64,000 nucleotides of DNA from Gemmatimonadota bacterium (GCA_040389905.1 JAZJZK010000052.1:1-64000), one strand, 5' to 3'; counted from the stretch's first letter, positions 8,625 through 17,640 are shown. Program-made: numbers and translations. The notes: generated from the letters alone by a model not told the origin.

Positions 8625-9596
8625 ATGCTCAAACAACATGCGGCCCCGAACACCTTGACCGAAGCGATCTGCTACTTCTCGGACCCTGACGTCAGCTTCG
8701 CCTTTGTCGTCCAGATGCGCTGGCCGAACGGCGTGACGTGCCCGCGTTGTGACGCGGACAAGCCGTCGCTGATTCGGTCGCGTCGTATTTGGGAGTGCCG
8801 TGGCTGTCACAAGCAGTTCTCCGTAAAAGTCGGTACGATCTTCGAGGACAGCCCGCTTGGTCTGGACAAGTGGCTGCCCGCTGTGTGGCTGCTCGCTAAT
8901 GCCAAAAATGGAATCAGCAGCTACGAGTTGGCCCGCGCGTTGGGCGTGACCCAGAAGACCGCATGGTTCATGCTGTCGCGTATCCGCCTCGGAATGCAGG
9001 CGCAGAGCCAGACCAAGATGAGCGGCACCGTGGAAGCCGACGAGACCTATATCGGCGGCAAGCGCGGCAACATGCACCCGAAGCGAAAGGCAGCAGTCAA
9101 GCCCGGCAACATGCACATGGAAGCCGTCATGGGCATGCTGGAGCGGAAGCGCAGCGACAAGCACAGCACCGTCAAGCTGGCTCACATTCGGAGCACCAAG
9201 AAGGCCGAGCTTGGCGCGCAGATCGACGCGACGATCGAAGCCGGATCGAACGTCTACACGGACGCGCACCCAACCTACAAGCGCTTGGCCGCTGTGCAGT
9301 GGGGCGATAAGTACGCCCATGCGGCCGTAGACCACGCCATCCGGTACGTTGACGGTCAGGTCCACACGAACGGCCTTGAGAACTTCTGGAGCCTGCTCAA
9401 GCGCTCCATCAAGGGAACCTACGTTTCGGTTGATCCGTTCCACCTGTTCCGCTATCTGGACGAGCAGGCGTTCCGCTTCAATAACCGTGAGGAAAACGAC
9501 CTTGGCCGTTTCGTTGCGGTCCTGAAAGATGTCGTCGGCAAGCGGTTGACCTACGCTGAACTCATCAGCGCCGACATGCAGCCAGCCCGAACGTGA
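8625..9596 (+). CDS. IS1595-family DDE transposase
   Basis: RWPNG, Zn ribbon CPRC..CRGC, FSVKVGTIFE, GISSYELAR.LGVTQKTAWFML, VEADETYIGG, YTD, HTNGLENFWS.LKR, YLDEQAFRFN. Confidence 0.95.
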   Translation: MLKQHAAPNTLTEAICYFSDPDVSFAFVVQMRWPNGVTCPRCDADKPSLIRSRRIWECRGCHKQFSVKVGTIFEDSPLGLDKWLPAVWLLANAKNGISSYELARALGVTQKTAWFMLSRIRLGMQAQSQTKMSGTVEADETYIGGKRGNMHPKRKAAVKPGNMHMEAVMGMLERKRSDKHSTVKLAHIRSTKKAELGAQIDATIEAGSNVYTDAHPTYKRLAAVQWGDKYAHAAVDHAIRYVDGQVHTNGLENFWSLLKRSIKGTYVSVDPFHLFRYLDEQAFRFNNREENDLGRFVAVLKDVVGKRLTYAELISADMQPART

Positions 9597-9605
9597 GGTA
9601 GTCCG

Positions 9606-9794
9606 ATGCCCAAAGCGAAAGCGGGGGCCGAAACCGAACCGGAAAAGAAGGGGCGGAAAGACTCGGTGAGACCTCCGGCTGACTTGCCGGAGGGAACGCC
9701 GTTCGAGCGCATGGCCGAACTCACGCGACGGCTGCTCAACGTCCCCAAACAGGAGGCCGCTCCACCTGACCCGAAACGGAGTAGGCACGCCTAG
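9606..9794 (+). CDS. small basic protein immediately downstream of the transposase
   Basis: GAGGT RBS, 62 aa, FERMAELTRRLLNVPK; the stop overlaps the convergent CapRel stop. Confidence 0.6.
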   Translation: MPKAKAGAETEPEKKGRKDSVRPPADLPEGTPFERMAELTRRLLNVPKQEAAPPDPKRSRHA

Positions 9795-10870
9795 ATCGTC
9801 TCGCTGATGAGGTCTGTAAATATTTCTGTATCTGCGAAGTAGTTCGGGAACGCCGCTTCAAGATCGGCGAGCTTGTCGATTTCAACGAGCACCGTATCGA
9901 AGTCAGGGTTGTTGAGATGTTCCTTTTCGGCAATCCGATACCGCAGAACAGCCTTGCCGAAGTCCTCCGTTCCGAACCCCCACAGCCTTACGTCGAACTG
10001 TGCCAAGTCATACGCCAGCACGACATAGCGAAATGCTGTTTGCGACTCAATCAACTTTTGGTGCGTGACGTTATAAGCACCGAGCCGATTGACGACGTTG
10101 AGCCATGCGCGGAGCGTAAGAAACTCATCCGCAAACTGGATGCGATCCGACGGCACATCCGGTCCCATTGGCGTGCCGTCGACGTTTGCGAGCTTCGCTC
10201 CCGCAAGAACAAAGAAGCGCAGCCAGTCCGGATCGCCGAGTCCTGACTTGAGATCCTGACGGAGAAACGTGCCTGCGACCTCATTGGCCGTCGCCCATGC
10301 GTGCTGAATGCGTGTGCGAATCTGAAGTTCGATTGTTAGGCCATCAAGCTTGGGATCTTCAGTGTTCTCGCAGCACGAATAAACGAGATGAATAGACCGA
10401 TATCCGGACTCTTTCGGCTCCGTGACATAGTCTGTCGTCCGCAAATGGCGGAAGCCTGGCGTTTCTCCCGTCGCGAGTAAAATGTCCTTCAGGTGCTGCG
10501 CCTCTGCCCATGACCCAACGACGGCACGCAGGCCGCCGATATCCTGCATTTTCGAGAGCTTCATGTCTGGGTATCGGCCCAGTTTGCGAATCATGGTCGG
10601 GATGCGCTTTAGCCGGGCAACTACAAGACTGGAATGGTCCGCAGCACGCGCCCTTGGCTCCAAGATTTCGCGAAACTTTGCGATCACGGCCTGATGGGCA
10701 GTGCGCCAGCGCTCAACGATTCCATACGCCTCCAATTCCTCGTCGGAAACGGTCATCGGCTCGCAGAGAAGGCGACCGGCCCTATCGACAGCCTTTCGGC
10801 TTTGCCACGGCAGATTTCGGACTTCAGCCATCACATACTCTCGCACGCTGAGCGGGGGAGCGCCTAACAT
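9791..10870 (-). CDS. RelA/SpoT-type small alarmone synthetase, fused CapRel-like toxSAS (toxin plus C-terminal antitoxin domain)
   Basis: SRKAVDRAG, WRTAH, RLKRIPTMIRK, MQDIGGLR, SGYRSIH, IELQIRT.IQHAWA; C-terminal VLVEI..L.AAFPNYFADT. Start taken at 10870 (GGGAGG SD); 10885 and 10831 are alternatives. Confidence 0.85.
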   Translation of the reverse strand: MLGAPPLSVREYVMAEVRNLPWQSRKAVDRAGRLLCEPMTVSDEELEAYGIVERWRTAHQAVIAKFREILEPRARAADHSSLVVARLKRIPTMIRKLGRYPDMKLSKMQDIGGLRAVVGSWAEAQHLKDILLATGETPGFRHLRTTDYVTEPKESGYRSIHLVYSCCENTEDPKLDGLTIELQIRTRIQHAWATANEVAGTFLRQDLKSGLGDPDWLRFFVLAGAKLANVDGTPMGPDVPSDRIQFADEFLTLRAWLNVVNRLGAYNVTHQKLIESQTAFRYVVLAYDLAQFDVRLWGFGTEDFGKAVLRYRIAEKEHLNNPDFDTVLVEIDKLADLEAAFPNYFADTEIFTDLISETI

Positions 10871-10938
10871 GGTCCCCTCCCGCATGCTGCGTTAGGCGTC
10901 TTACCGAAGCGCTCTACTGCGTCCATGTTTCCGCGATC

Positions 10939-11712
10939 ATGACTACTTGGGCATCCAGCGGACAGATCAAGATCGACCGGGCCGCAGAACACGTCCACGA
11001 TCTCGCACGGCGCATTGACGCCTTCCGCAACGCCGACCCGTATGAAATTGTCCGCAATGATGATCCGGAAGGATGGAAAGGCACTGTCCTTACCATTCGC
11101 GTTCACCGCGACATTCCAACCGAGTGGAGCGCTATCGTCGCGGACGCCATCCACAACCTTGGTTGCGCCCTCGATCACCTTTGGAAGAATGCGACGGGGG
11201 CGAAGCCCGATAGTCGGAAGAATTACTTCCCCGCTACTACGACTGCCGATGAACTGAAAGCCACGCTGAGGCGAGAAAAAAAGAGCGCAGCGAATACGGC
11301 GCGCCAACTCCTCGATAGTCTCGACGCGTTGCGCGACAACAACCCGTTCTGGGCAATCAGGAAGTTCGACGATGCCGACAAGCACCACGCGATATCCTTG
11401 GTCGCGTGCCGCTTGCAGAGTTTCGCCGTTGATCTCACCCACATTGATGGCGAGCGTCTTGACGAGCCCAAGAGATTGGTCGTTGACCTTGACCCCAAGC
11501 CGGACCTCACTGTTGTCGAAGACGGCGCAGTACTCGCGCGACTCGCCAACACCCACGCGGAAATTGACATATACGACCATCTCGCCTTTGAGATAGCGTT
11601 CGGCAAAGGCGAGATTCTGGAGGGTAAGGCCGTCCTGCCAACGCTCGAGAGCCTCACGACAGCGGTCCAAATACTGGCTGGTGCGTTCCTCGCTGCTGGC
11701 CTCATTACCTGA
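10939..11712 (+). CDS. hypothetical passenger protein (possible HEPN-like fold)
   Basis: 257 aa; KIDRAAEHV, DAIHNLGCALDHL, YFP, DADKHH; divergent from CapRel and ends 42 nt before IRR. Confidence 0.75.
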   Translation: MTTWASSGQIKIDRAAEHVHDLARRIDAFRNADPYEIVRNDDPEGWKGTVLTIRVHRDIPTEWSAIVADAIHNLGCALDHLWKNATGAKPDSRKNYFPATTTADELKATLRREKKSAANTARQLLDSLDALRDNNPFWAIRKFDDADKHHAISLVACRLQSFAVDLTHIDGERLDEPKRLVVDLDPKPDLTVVEDGAVLARLANTHAEIDIYDHLAFEIAFGKGEILEGKAVLPTLESLTTAVQILAGAFLAAGLIT

Positions 11713-11754
11713 CACCCGACTGTCACTCAGAGGCAAAATGCACCTCCGGTGACG

Positions 11755-11777
11755 CCTGCGTCAAGTATGTTATTGCC
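11755..11777 (-). repeat. right terminal inverted repeat (IRR)
   Basis: CCTGCGTCAAGTATGTTATTGCC followed by the duplicated AGCTAGGA. Confidence 0.95.
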
Positions 11778-11821
11778 AGCTAGGAGCTAGTGGACAAGGC
11801 ACAGGGACAGGAACTCCCCGC

Positions 11822-12700
11822 TTAGCCGCGCTTGATCTGAACCAGGCGCTCTCTAGCGAGCCGACGCCCTGTCGGGGTCGCTGCCAAACCGCCTCCTGCG
11901 GTCTCGCGATAGCGGACGTCCATCGAGCGGCCGATTTCGCCCATTACATCGATGACTTCGTCAACGGGGATCTTGAACTCCACGCCGGCAATGGCGAGCT
12001 CGATGCCGGTGAGGGCGATGGCCGCGCCAGTCGCATTGCGGAAGACACATGGCAGCTCGACGAGGCCGCCGAGTGGGTCGCAGACGAGCCCGAGGGTGCC
12101 TTGCATAGCGAGGGCGGTGGCGTGACCGACCTGCGACGGCGTGCCGCCGAGCATTTCCGTGGCGGCGCCGGCGGCCATCGCGGCGGCCGCGCCGGTCTCG
12201 GCTTGACAACCGCCTTCGGCACCTGACAGCGACGCGCGCTCCGCGATGACTGCGCCGATCAGGCCGGCGACAGCCAGTGCGCTGACTAGTTCGTCGTCAC
12301 CGATGTTGCGGGCGGCGGCGAGTCCGGTGAGAACGGCGGGGAGGACGCCCGCGCCCCCTGCCGTCGGTGCTGCGACGATGACACCCATGGCGGCGTTGAC
12401 TTCCTGTACAGCGAGCGCCCGCGCGAGAATGTCACGGAAGGGCGTGCCGGACAGTGGACCGGCCGGTCCCGTACGCAACTTGGCCGCATCGCCGCCAACC
12501 AGGCCTGACGCGGAATACAGGTCGCCGGTCATACCCTGCGCCACGGCACTGCGCATGACGACCAGCGCGCGGAGGAGCGCTGAGCGAATATCCTCGACGG
12601 TGCGCCCCTGGTCCTTCGCTTCGGTCTCGAGCGCGAGCTGCGCGAGGGAGATCTTCTGAGCCTCCGCGTCACGGATGGCGTCGGCGAGGGATTTGTACAT
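11822..12700 (-). CDS. sdaAA: L-serine ammonia-lyase, Fe-S dependent, alpha subunit
   Basis: SGLVGGDA, EVNAAMGVIVAAPTAG.AGVLP, GAEGGCQAE, GLVCDPLGGLVELPC, RETAGGGLAATPTG. Confidence 0.94.
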   Translation of the reverse strand: MYKSLADAIRDAEAQKISLAQLALETEAKDQGRTVEDIRSALLRALVVMRSAVAQGMTGDLYSASGLVGGDAAKLRTGPAGPLSGTPFRDILARALAVQEVNAAMGVIVAAPTAGGAGVLPAVLTGLAAARNIGDDELVSALAVAGLIGAVIAERASLSGAEGGCQAETGAAAAMAAGAATEMLGGTPSQVGHATALAMQGTLGLVCDPLGGLVELPCVFRNATGAAIALTGIELAIAGVEFKIPVDEVIDVMGEIGRSMDVRYRETAGGGLAATPTGRRLARERLVQIKRG

Positions 12701-12762
12701 ACTCAATGATAATGCTCGCGCGAGCGTCGCTTCCACCTCCTCGAACTGTGGGTCAGCATCGA

Positions 12763-13803
12763 ATGGCGCGTCTTCAGGTGATTGTATTTTTCGCGGTTGC
12801 CGCCGTTGGCTGGACGGGTCACGCGCAGGCGCCGGCTCCACTGCCGCGCGACACGACGGACGCCGACGCGCGCACGCTTGCATGGTTCGCCTCAAACGGG
12901 TCGCCGATCGCGGCAATCGACGGTGCGCCCAACGGCGCCGACCTCGCGCGATGGGATGCCCTGACCAACTCGGCGCGAATCATCGGGATAGGTGAGCAGA
13001 CGCACGGCACCAGCGAGTTTTCGCGCATGAAGCTGCGGCTCATCACGCATGGCGTGCTCACGCAGCAGGTGTCCGTCGTCGGTCTCGAGAACGTTCCGGC
13101 GCCCGTGCTGCCCATCAACCGATTTCTCCATGGTGAAGCGGCGAATGTGGATTCGCTCATGCTGGGGCTTTCGAGACTTTGGCGCACCGAAGAGCTGAAG
13201 TCCGTCATCATGTGGCTCCGCAGTCACAACGAAGCGCAACGGCGTCGGGGTGCGCGTGAAGTGGATATGATCGGGATCGATGTGCAGAATGGCGGTGGGG
13301 CGCGCGACAGCATGATGGCGGAAACGATTGTGGCTGCGATCGAGGCGCGTCCCGCTGGCGAGCGTGCGATGATCTGGTCGCACAACGTGCATGTCGCATA
13401 CATACCGACGCGGATCGGACCGCAACTCAGGCGGATGATTGGAACGCGGTATGTCGCGCTCGGCTTCGCCACCGCGCGGGGCACGTATCGCGCGCACGCG
13501 CCGTCGGACTCCGGGCGAATGTTGTCGGATGGCCACGCGCTCGTACCATCATCCACAGGGAGCGTTGAGTTGAGTCTGTCGCGCCTGAGTGCGCAGGTCG
13601 GCGGCGTGGCGCAGTTGTATGATGTGCGGACGATCGTCGCCGACGCGCGGGGCGGCTGGCTCAAGACGGCGCGCGACTTTCACTTCATCGGGACGAACAC
13701 CGACGAGAAGAGCGTGCAGGTGTGGAATGTCGGCGAGGCGTTCGATCTGCTGTTGTTCATTCCCTCGACGACCAGTTCGCGGAGTGTTCCCGGAATACAG
13801 TAG
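12763..13803 (+). CDS. secreted erythromycin-esterase (Ere) family protein, shortened
   Basis: Signal peptide; IIGIGEQTHGTSEF, GIDVQ, RDSMMAE, WSHNVH, GS.E..L, FDLLLFI. Confidence 0.82.
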   Translation: MARLQVIVFFAVAAVGWTGHAQAPAPLPRDTTDADARTLAWFASNGSPIAAIDGAPNGADLARWDALTNSARIIGIGEQTHGTSEFSRMKLRLITHGVLTQQVSVVGLENVPAPVLPINRFLHGEAANVDSLMLGLSRLWRTEELKSVIMWLRSHNEAQRRRGAREVDMIGIDVQNGGGARDSMMAETIVAAIEARPAGERAMIWSHNVHVAYIPTRIGPQLRRMIGTRYVALGFATARGTYRAHAPSDSGRMLSDGHALVPSSTGSVELSLSRLSAQVGGVAQLYDVRTIVADARGGWLKTARDFHFIGTNTDEKSVQVWNVGEAFDLLLFIPSTTSSRSVPGIQ

Positions 13804-13814
13804 TTGGGCGATTT

Positions 13815-13953
13815 ACCGCAGAGGGCGCAGAGGAGCAGAGGTCCGCAGAGGAACTGCAACTGCAAGTGCAGGCCCTTCGTTTCACTCAGGGCGACAAACG
13901 AGCGAGAACTGATAGTGCATGCCCTTCGCTTTGCTCAGGGCGACAAACGAGCG
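13815..13953 (+). repeat. REP-like module: family A arm plus two tandem family B units
   Basis: A at 13815-13853; B at 13866-13904 and 13915-13953 (GTGCAxGCCCTTCGxTTxxCTCAGGGCGACAAACGAGCG). Confidence 0.88.
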
Positions 13954-13993
13954 TCAGGGGAAACCACTCCGGTTGTTCTCCTGTCCCTCTCGT

Positions 13994-14665
13994 CTACGCG
14001 CTGACTTTATCGAGGCGAAACGCCCAGCGTACCCAGGGAAGCAGACGGATTTCGTCTCGCGTGTGCTCGCCCGGCGCTTCGTCCAACTCGATCACCATGA
14101 ACGCGTCGCCACCACGCTCTTTTCTCGACAAACGCAGCGTGGCAATGTTCAGCGACTCCTCGGCGAGGATGGTCGCGATGCGGGCCACTGAGCCCTTCAC
14201 GTCTTCCGCGACGAGCACGATGGTGTGATGGTTTCCGGAGACTTCGACAGGGTAGCCGTCGATTTCCGAGACGCGCACGCGACCAGCACCGAGCGACGCA
14301 CCGGTCATGGTCGCTTTTCGGTCGCCGCGTTCGACCGTCAGCCGCACCGTATTCGGGTGTGCGTCCTCGTCTTCGAGCGTTGTCTTTTCGAACTTGTAGG
14401 CGAGGCCTTCCCGCTCCGCGATCTCGAGGGCGTGGCGGATGCGCTCATCGTCGGGGCGAAAGCCCATGAGTCCACCGACGATCGCCTTGTCGGTGCCATG
14501 TCCTTCCCCAGTGCGTGCGAAGGAGCCATGCAACTCGGCGAGCGCCGATTCCGGCGTGCCACCGACGAGCCCGCGCGCGAGCAGGCCGAGCCGGCAGGCT
14601 CCCGCTGTGTGCGAAGAGCTCGGGCCGACCATGACTGGGCCAATGATGTCGAGCAGGGATACCAA
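13994..14665 (-). CDS. sdaAB: L-serine ammonia-lyase, beta subunit (with ACT domain)
   Basis: DIIGPVMVGPSSSHTAGA, LHGSFA.TG.GHGTDKA, HPNTV; TTG start with GAGG SD. Confidence 0.94.
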   Translation of the reverse strand: MVSLLDIIGPVMVGPSSSHTAGACRLGLLARGLVGGTPESALAELHGSFARTGEGHGTDKAIVGGLMGFRPDDERIRHALEIAEREGLAYKFEKTTLEDEDAHPNTVRLTVERGDRKATMTGASLGAGRVRVSEIDGYPVEVSGNHHTIVLVAEDVKGSVARIATILAEESLNIATLRLSRKERGGDAFMVIELDEAPGEHTRDEIRLLPWVRWAFRLDKVSA

Positions 14666-14679
14666 GCTGAACCTCGGAG

Positions 14680-14720
14680 GTGCAGGCCCATCGCGACGCT
14701 CAGGGCGACAAAACAAGCGG
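14680..14720 (+). repeat. REP-like family B unit
   Basis: GTGCAGGCCCATCGCGACGCTCAGGGCGACAAAACAAGCGG. Confidence 0.85.
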
Positions 14721-14737
14721 GACTCGGGGTGACAACG

Positions 14738-17578
14738 CTACCCAACCTTGCGATGACGCGTCGGCTTCTTCAGCATCGGTTTCAGATACTGGCCGGTGTA
14801 CGATGCAGCCACCGCTGCCACGTCTTCAGGCGTACCAGTCGCGACGATCGTGCCGCCGCGCGTGCCACCGTCCGGACCGAGATCGAGAATCCAGTCGGCG
14901 GTCTTGATGACGTCGAGATTGTGTTCGATTACGAGCACCGTGTTTCCGCGATCGACGAGCCGGTGCAGCACTTCGAGCAGCACGCGTACGTCCTCGAAGT
15001 GAAGGCCGGTCGTGGGCTCGTCGAGGATATAGAGCGTGCGGCCCGTATCACGCTTCGACAGCTCGGTCGCCAGCTTGATGCGTTGCGCTTCACCACCGGA
15101 CAGCGTCGTTGCGCTCTGGCCTAAGTGGATGTAGCCGAGTCCGACGTCGACCATCGTGTCGAGCTTCTGCTTGACGCGCGGCTGGTTCTCGAAGAATCCC
15201 GCCGCATCTTCAACGGTCTGTTCGAGCACGTCGGCGATACTGAGACCGCGGAAACGGACTTCGAGTGTCTCTCGGTTGTACCGCTTGCCCTTGCACACCT
15301 CGCACGGCACGTAGACGTCCGGGAGAAAGTGCATTTCGATCTTCACGAGTCCGTCGCCCTGACATGATTCACAGCGGCCGCCCTTCACGTTGAACGAGAA
15401 ACGTCCGGGACCGTAGCCGCGAATCTTTGCTTCCGGCAGCTCGGCGAACAGCTCGCGAATGGGAGTGAAGAGCCCTGTGTACGTTGCCGGGTTGGATCGC
15501 GGCGTGCGGCCAATCGGGCTCTGGTCGATGTCGATGACCTTGTCGATGTGCTCGAGCCCCGTGATGCGATCGTGCAGGCCGGGAATGACGCGCGCACGAT
15601 AAAAATGTCTCGCGAGCGACTGGTGCAGGATATCCTCGATGAGCGTGCTCTTTCCCGACCCCGACACGCCCGTGACGGCGACGAAGAGTCCGAGCGGAAT
15701 CTCGACGCTCACATTACGCAGGTTGTGCTCACGCGCATTCTGGATGCGAATCATCTTCTTCGAATCCGGTGCGCGGCGAAGCGCCGGCGTCGCAATCTCC
15801 ATCTCGCCGCTGAGATACTTGCCGGTGATCGAGCGGGCATTGTCGATGATCTCGTCGACGGAGCCGGACGCGATCACTTCCCCGCCGTGCTTGCCGGCAC
15901 CGGGCCCCATGTCGATGACGTGGTCCGCGGCGCGCATGGTCTCTTCGTCGTGCTCGACGACGATGACGGTGTTGCCGAGATCACGCAGCTGTTCGAGCGT
16001 CGAGAGCAGCCGCGCGTTGTCGCGCTGGTGAAGCCCGATCGACGGTTCGTCGAGGATGTACAACACGCCGACGAGGCGTGAGCCGATCTGCGTCGCGAGC
16101 CGAATGCGCTGCGCCTCGCCGCCGGACAGTGATTCCGCCGAACGTCCCAGCGTGAGATAGTCGAGGCCGACGTCGACGAGAAAACGAAGCCGCTCGCGCA
16201 CTTCCTTGAGGATCGGGCCGGCGATTTCCGGGTCGAGACCGATCAGACGCTGCTCATCCTTCACGGGTACGGTGTCGAAGAACGCGAGCGACTCGGTAAT
16301 TGCCAGATCGACCAGCTGGCCGATATTGCGCCCATCAATGGTGACGGCGAGCGATTCCGGCTTGAGGCGATGCCCGTGACACTCCGAACAGGGAACAGCG
16401 AGCATATAGGCCTCGAGTTCCATGCGGACCATGTCGGAGTCGCTCTCCTCATAGCGGCGCTCGACGTTGGCAATGATACCCTCCCAATTCGTCTCGCCCT
16501 TCTTCTTCTTGCTGTTTCCGCCGTCGCCGTGGAGCAGGCAATCGCGCACGGACTGCGTCAGTTCGCCCCACGCGGTATTCAGGTCGAACTTGAACTGCCT
16601 CGCCAGCGTCGGCAGCACCACTTTCCGCAGATATCCGGTTGGCTCACCCCAGGGCAGCACGACACCCTCGAGAATCGAGATGCGCGCGTCGCCGAGGACC
16701 AGTTCCTCGCTCACGCGGCGCCGAGTGCCGAGGCCTCCGCACTTCGCACAGGCGCCGAAGGGCGAGTTGAACGAGAAGTGTCGCGGCTCCAATTCGGGCA
16801 TCGAGATGCCGCAGACTGGACATCCGTACTTTTCAGAGAAGGTCTCGACTTTGCCCGTCTCCGCGTTCACGACCTCGACGAGACCCTCGGCGAGCTTGAG
16901 CGCCGTCTCGATCGAGTCGGTGAGGCGGCCGCGGTCGTCTGCCGTGACGACGAGACGATCCACCACGACGGACACATCGTGGTTTTGGCGCCGATTGAGC
17001 TTCGGCGGGTCAGCGACTTCGATGAGCGCTCCATCCACATAAGCGCGAATGAAGCCCTGTTTGCGCACCGACTCGAACAGCTCGCGAAACTCGCCCTTTC
17101 GCCCCTGGATGAGGGGAGCGCGCACTTCGATCTTTGTGCCTTTCGGCCAGCCGAGGACCGCCTCTGAGATCTGGGCGGGACTCTGGCGCTGGACAGGCCG
17201 GCCGCACTGTGGACAATGCGGGGTACCGGCGCGGGCGTAGAGCAGACGCAGGTAGTCGTAGATCTCGGTGACGGTACCGACCGTGGAGCGCGGATTGTGG
17301 CCAGCGGTCTTCTGCTCGATGGAGATGGCCGGCGACAGCCCTTCGATGGCGTCCACATCGGGCTTTTCCATCAGCCCAAGGAACTGGCGGGCATACGCGG
17401 ACAGCGACTCGACGTAGCGACGCTGGCCTTCGGCGTAGATGGTGTCGAATGCGAGGGAGGACTTCCCCGAACCCGAGAGCCCCGTGATGACGGTGAGCTT
17501 GTCGCGGGGGATGGTTACGTCCACGTTGCGCAGATTGTGCTCTCGTGCGCCGCGGACGATCAGTGCGTCTTCTGCCAT
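14738..17578 (-). CDS. uvrA: excinuclease ABC subunit A
   Basis: [21 protein letters not shown], two ABC domains with LSGGEAQRI, Zn fingers. Confidence 0.98.
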   Translation of the reverse strand: MAEDALIVRGAREHNLRNVDVTIPRDKLTVITGLSGSGKSSLAFDTIYAEGQRRYVESLSAYARQFLGLMEKPDVDAIEGLSPAISIEQKTAGHNPRSTVGTVTEIYDYLRLLYARAGTPHCPQCGRPVQRQSPAQISEAVLGWPKGTKIEVRAPLIQGRKGEFRELFESVRKQGFIRAYVDGALIEVADPPKLNRRQNHDVSVVVDRLVVTADDRGRLTDSIETALKLAEGLVEVVNAETGKVETFSEKYGCPVCGISMPELEPRHFSFNSPFGACAKCGGLGTRRRVSEELVLGDARISILEGVVLPWGEPTGYLRKVVLPTLARQFKFDLNTAWGELTQSVRDCLLHGDGGNSKKKKGETNWEGIIANVERRYEESDSDMVRMELEAYMLAVPCSECHGHRLKPESLAVTIDGRNIGQLVDLAITESLAFFDTVPVKDEQRLIGLDPEIAGPILKEVRERLRFLVDVGLDYLTLGRSAESLSGGEAQRIRLATQIGSRLVGVLYILDEPSIGLHQRDNARLLSTLEQLRDLGNTVIVVEHDEETMRAADHVIDMGPGAGKHGGEVIASGSVDEIIDNARSITGKYLSGEMEIATPALRRAPDSKKMIRIQNAREHNLRNVSVEIPLGLFVAVTGVSGSGKSTLIEDILHQSLARHFYRARVIPGLHDRITGLEHIDKVIDIDQSPIGRTPRSNPATYTGLFTPIRELFAELPEAKIRGYGPGRFSFNVKGGRCESCQGDGLVKIEMHFLPDVYVPCEVCKGKRYNRETLEVRFRGLSIADVLEQTVEDAAGFFENQPRVKQKLDTMVDVGLGYIHLGQSATTLSGGEAQRIKLATELSKRDTGRTLYILDEPTTGLHFEDVRVLLEVLHRLVDRGNTVLVIEHNLDVIKTADWILDLGPDGGTRGGTIVATGTPEDVAAVAASYTGQYLKPMLKKPTRHRKVG

Positions 17579-17640
17579 AGCCCGATAAAGTTCGCTTCAG
17601 GACCGGGGACAGACAAGTCGCGGGACGGCCGCAACAGCAG

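Larger units (their letters stand above)
8577..11777 (+). mobile_element. IS1595-family transporter IS with passenger genes (3,201 bp)
   Basis: Perfect 23-bp terminal IRs GGCAATAACATACTTGACGCAGG (8577-8599; 11755-11777), 8-bp direct repeat AGCTAGGA at 8569-8576 and 11778-11785, IS1595 transposase inside. Confidence 0.95.

Noticed and set aside
10861..10898. Functional integron attC site or integron
   Set aside because: At 38 bp it is too short, there are no discernible L boxes and no integrase is present; reported only as a possible remnant.
10864..11736. 290-aa minus-strand ORF inside the IS
   Set aside because: It is fully antisense to the 257-aa ATG ORF that has family-like motifs, has a TTG start and shows no recognisable motifs; likely a shadow ORF.
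12763..13803. Bona fide macrolide resistance gene (ereA/ereB)
   Set aside because: Only family-level motifs are present; the protein is secreted and internally shortened, and many Ere-family members do not act on macrolides.
13815..13953. Tandem repeats as a mini CRISPR array
   Set aside because: Only two degenerate units with a 10-nt gap, copies dispersed across the window, and no cas genes.
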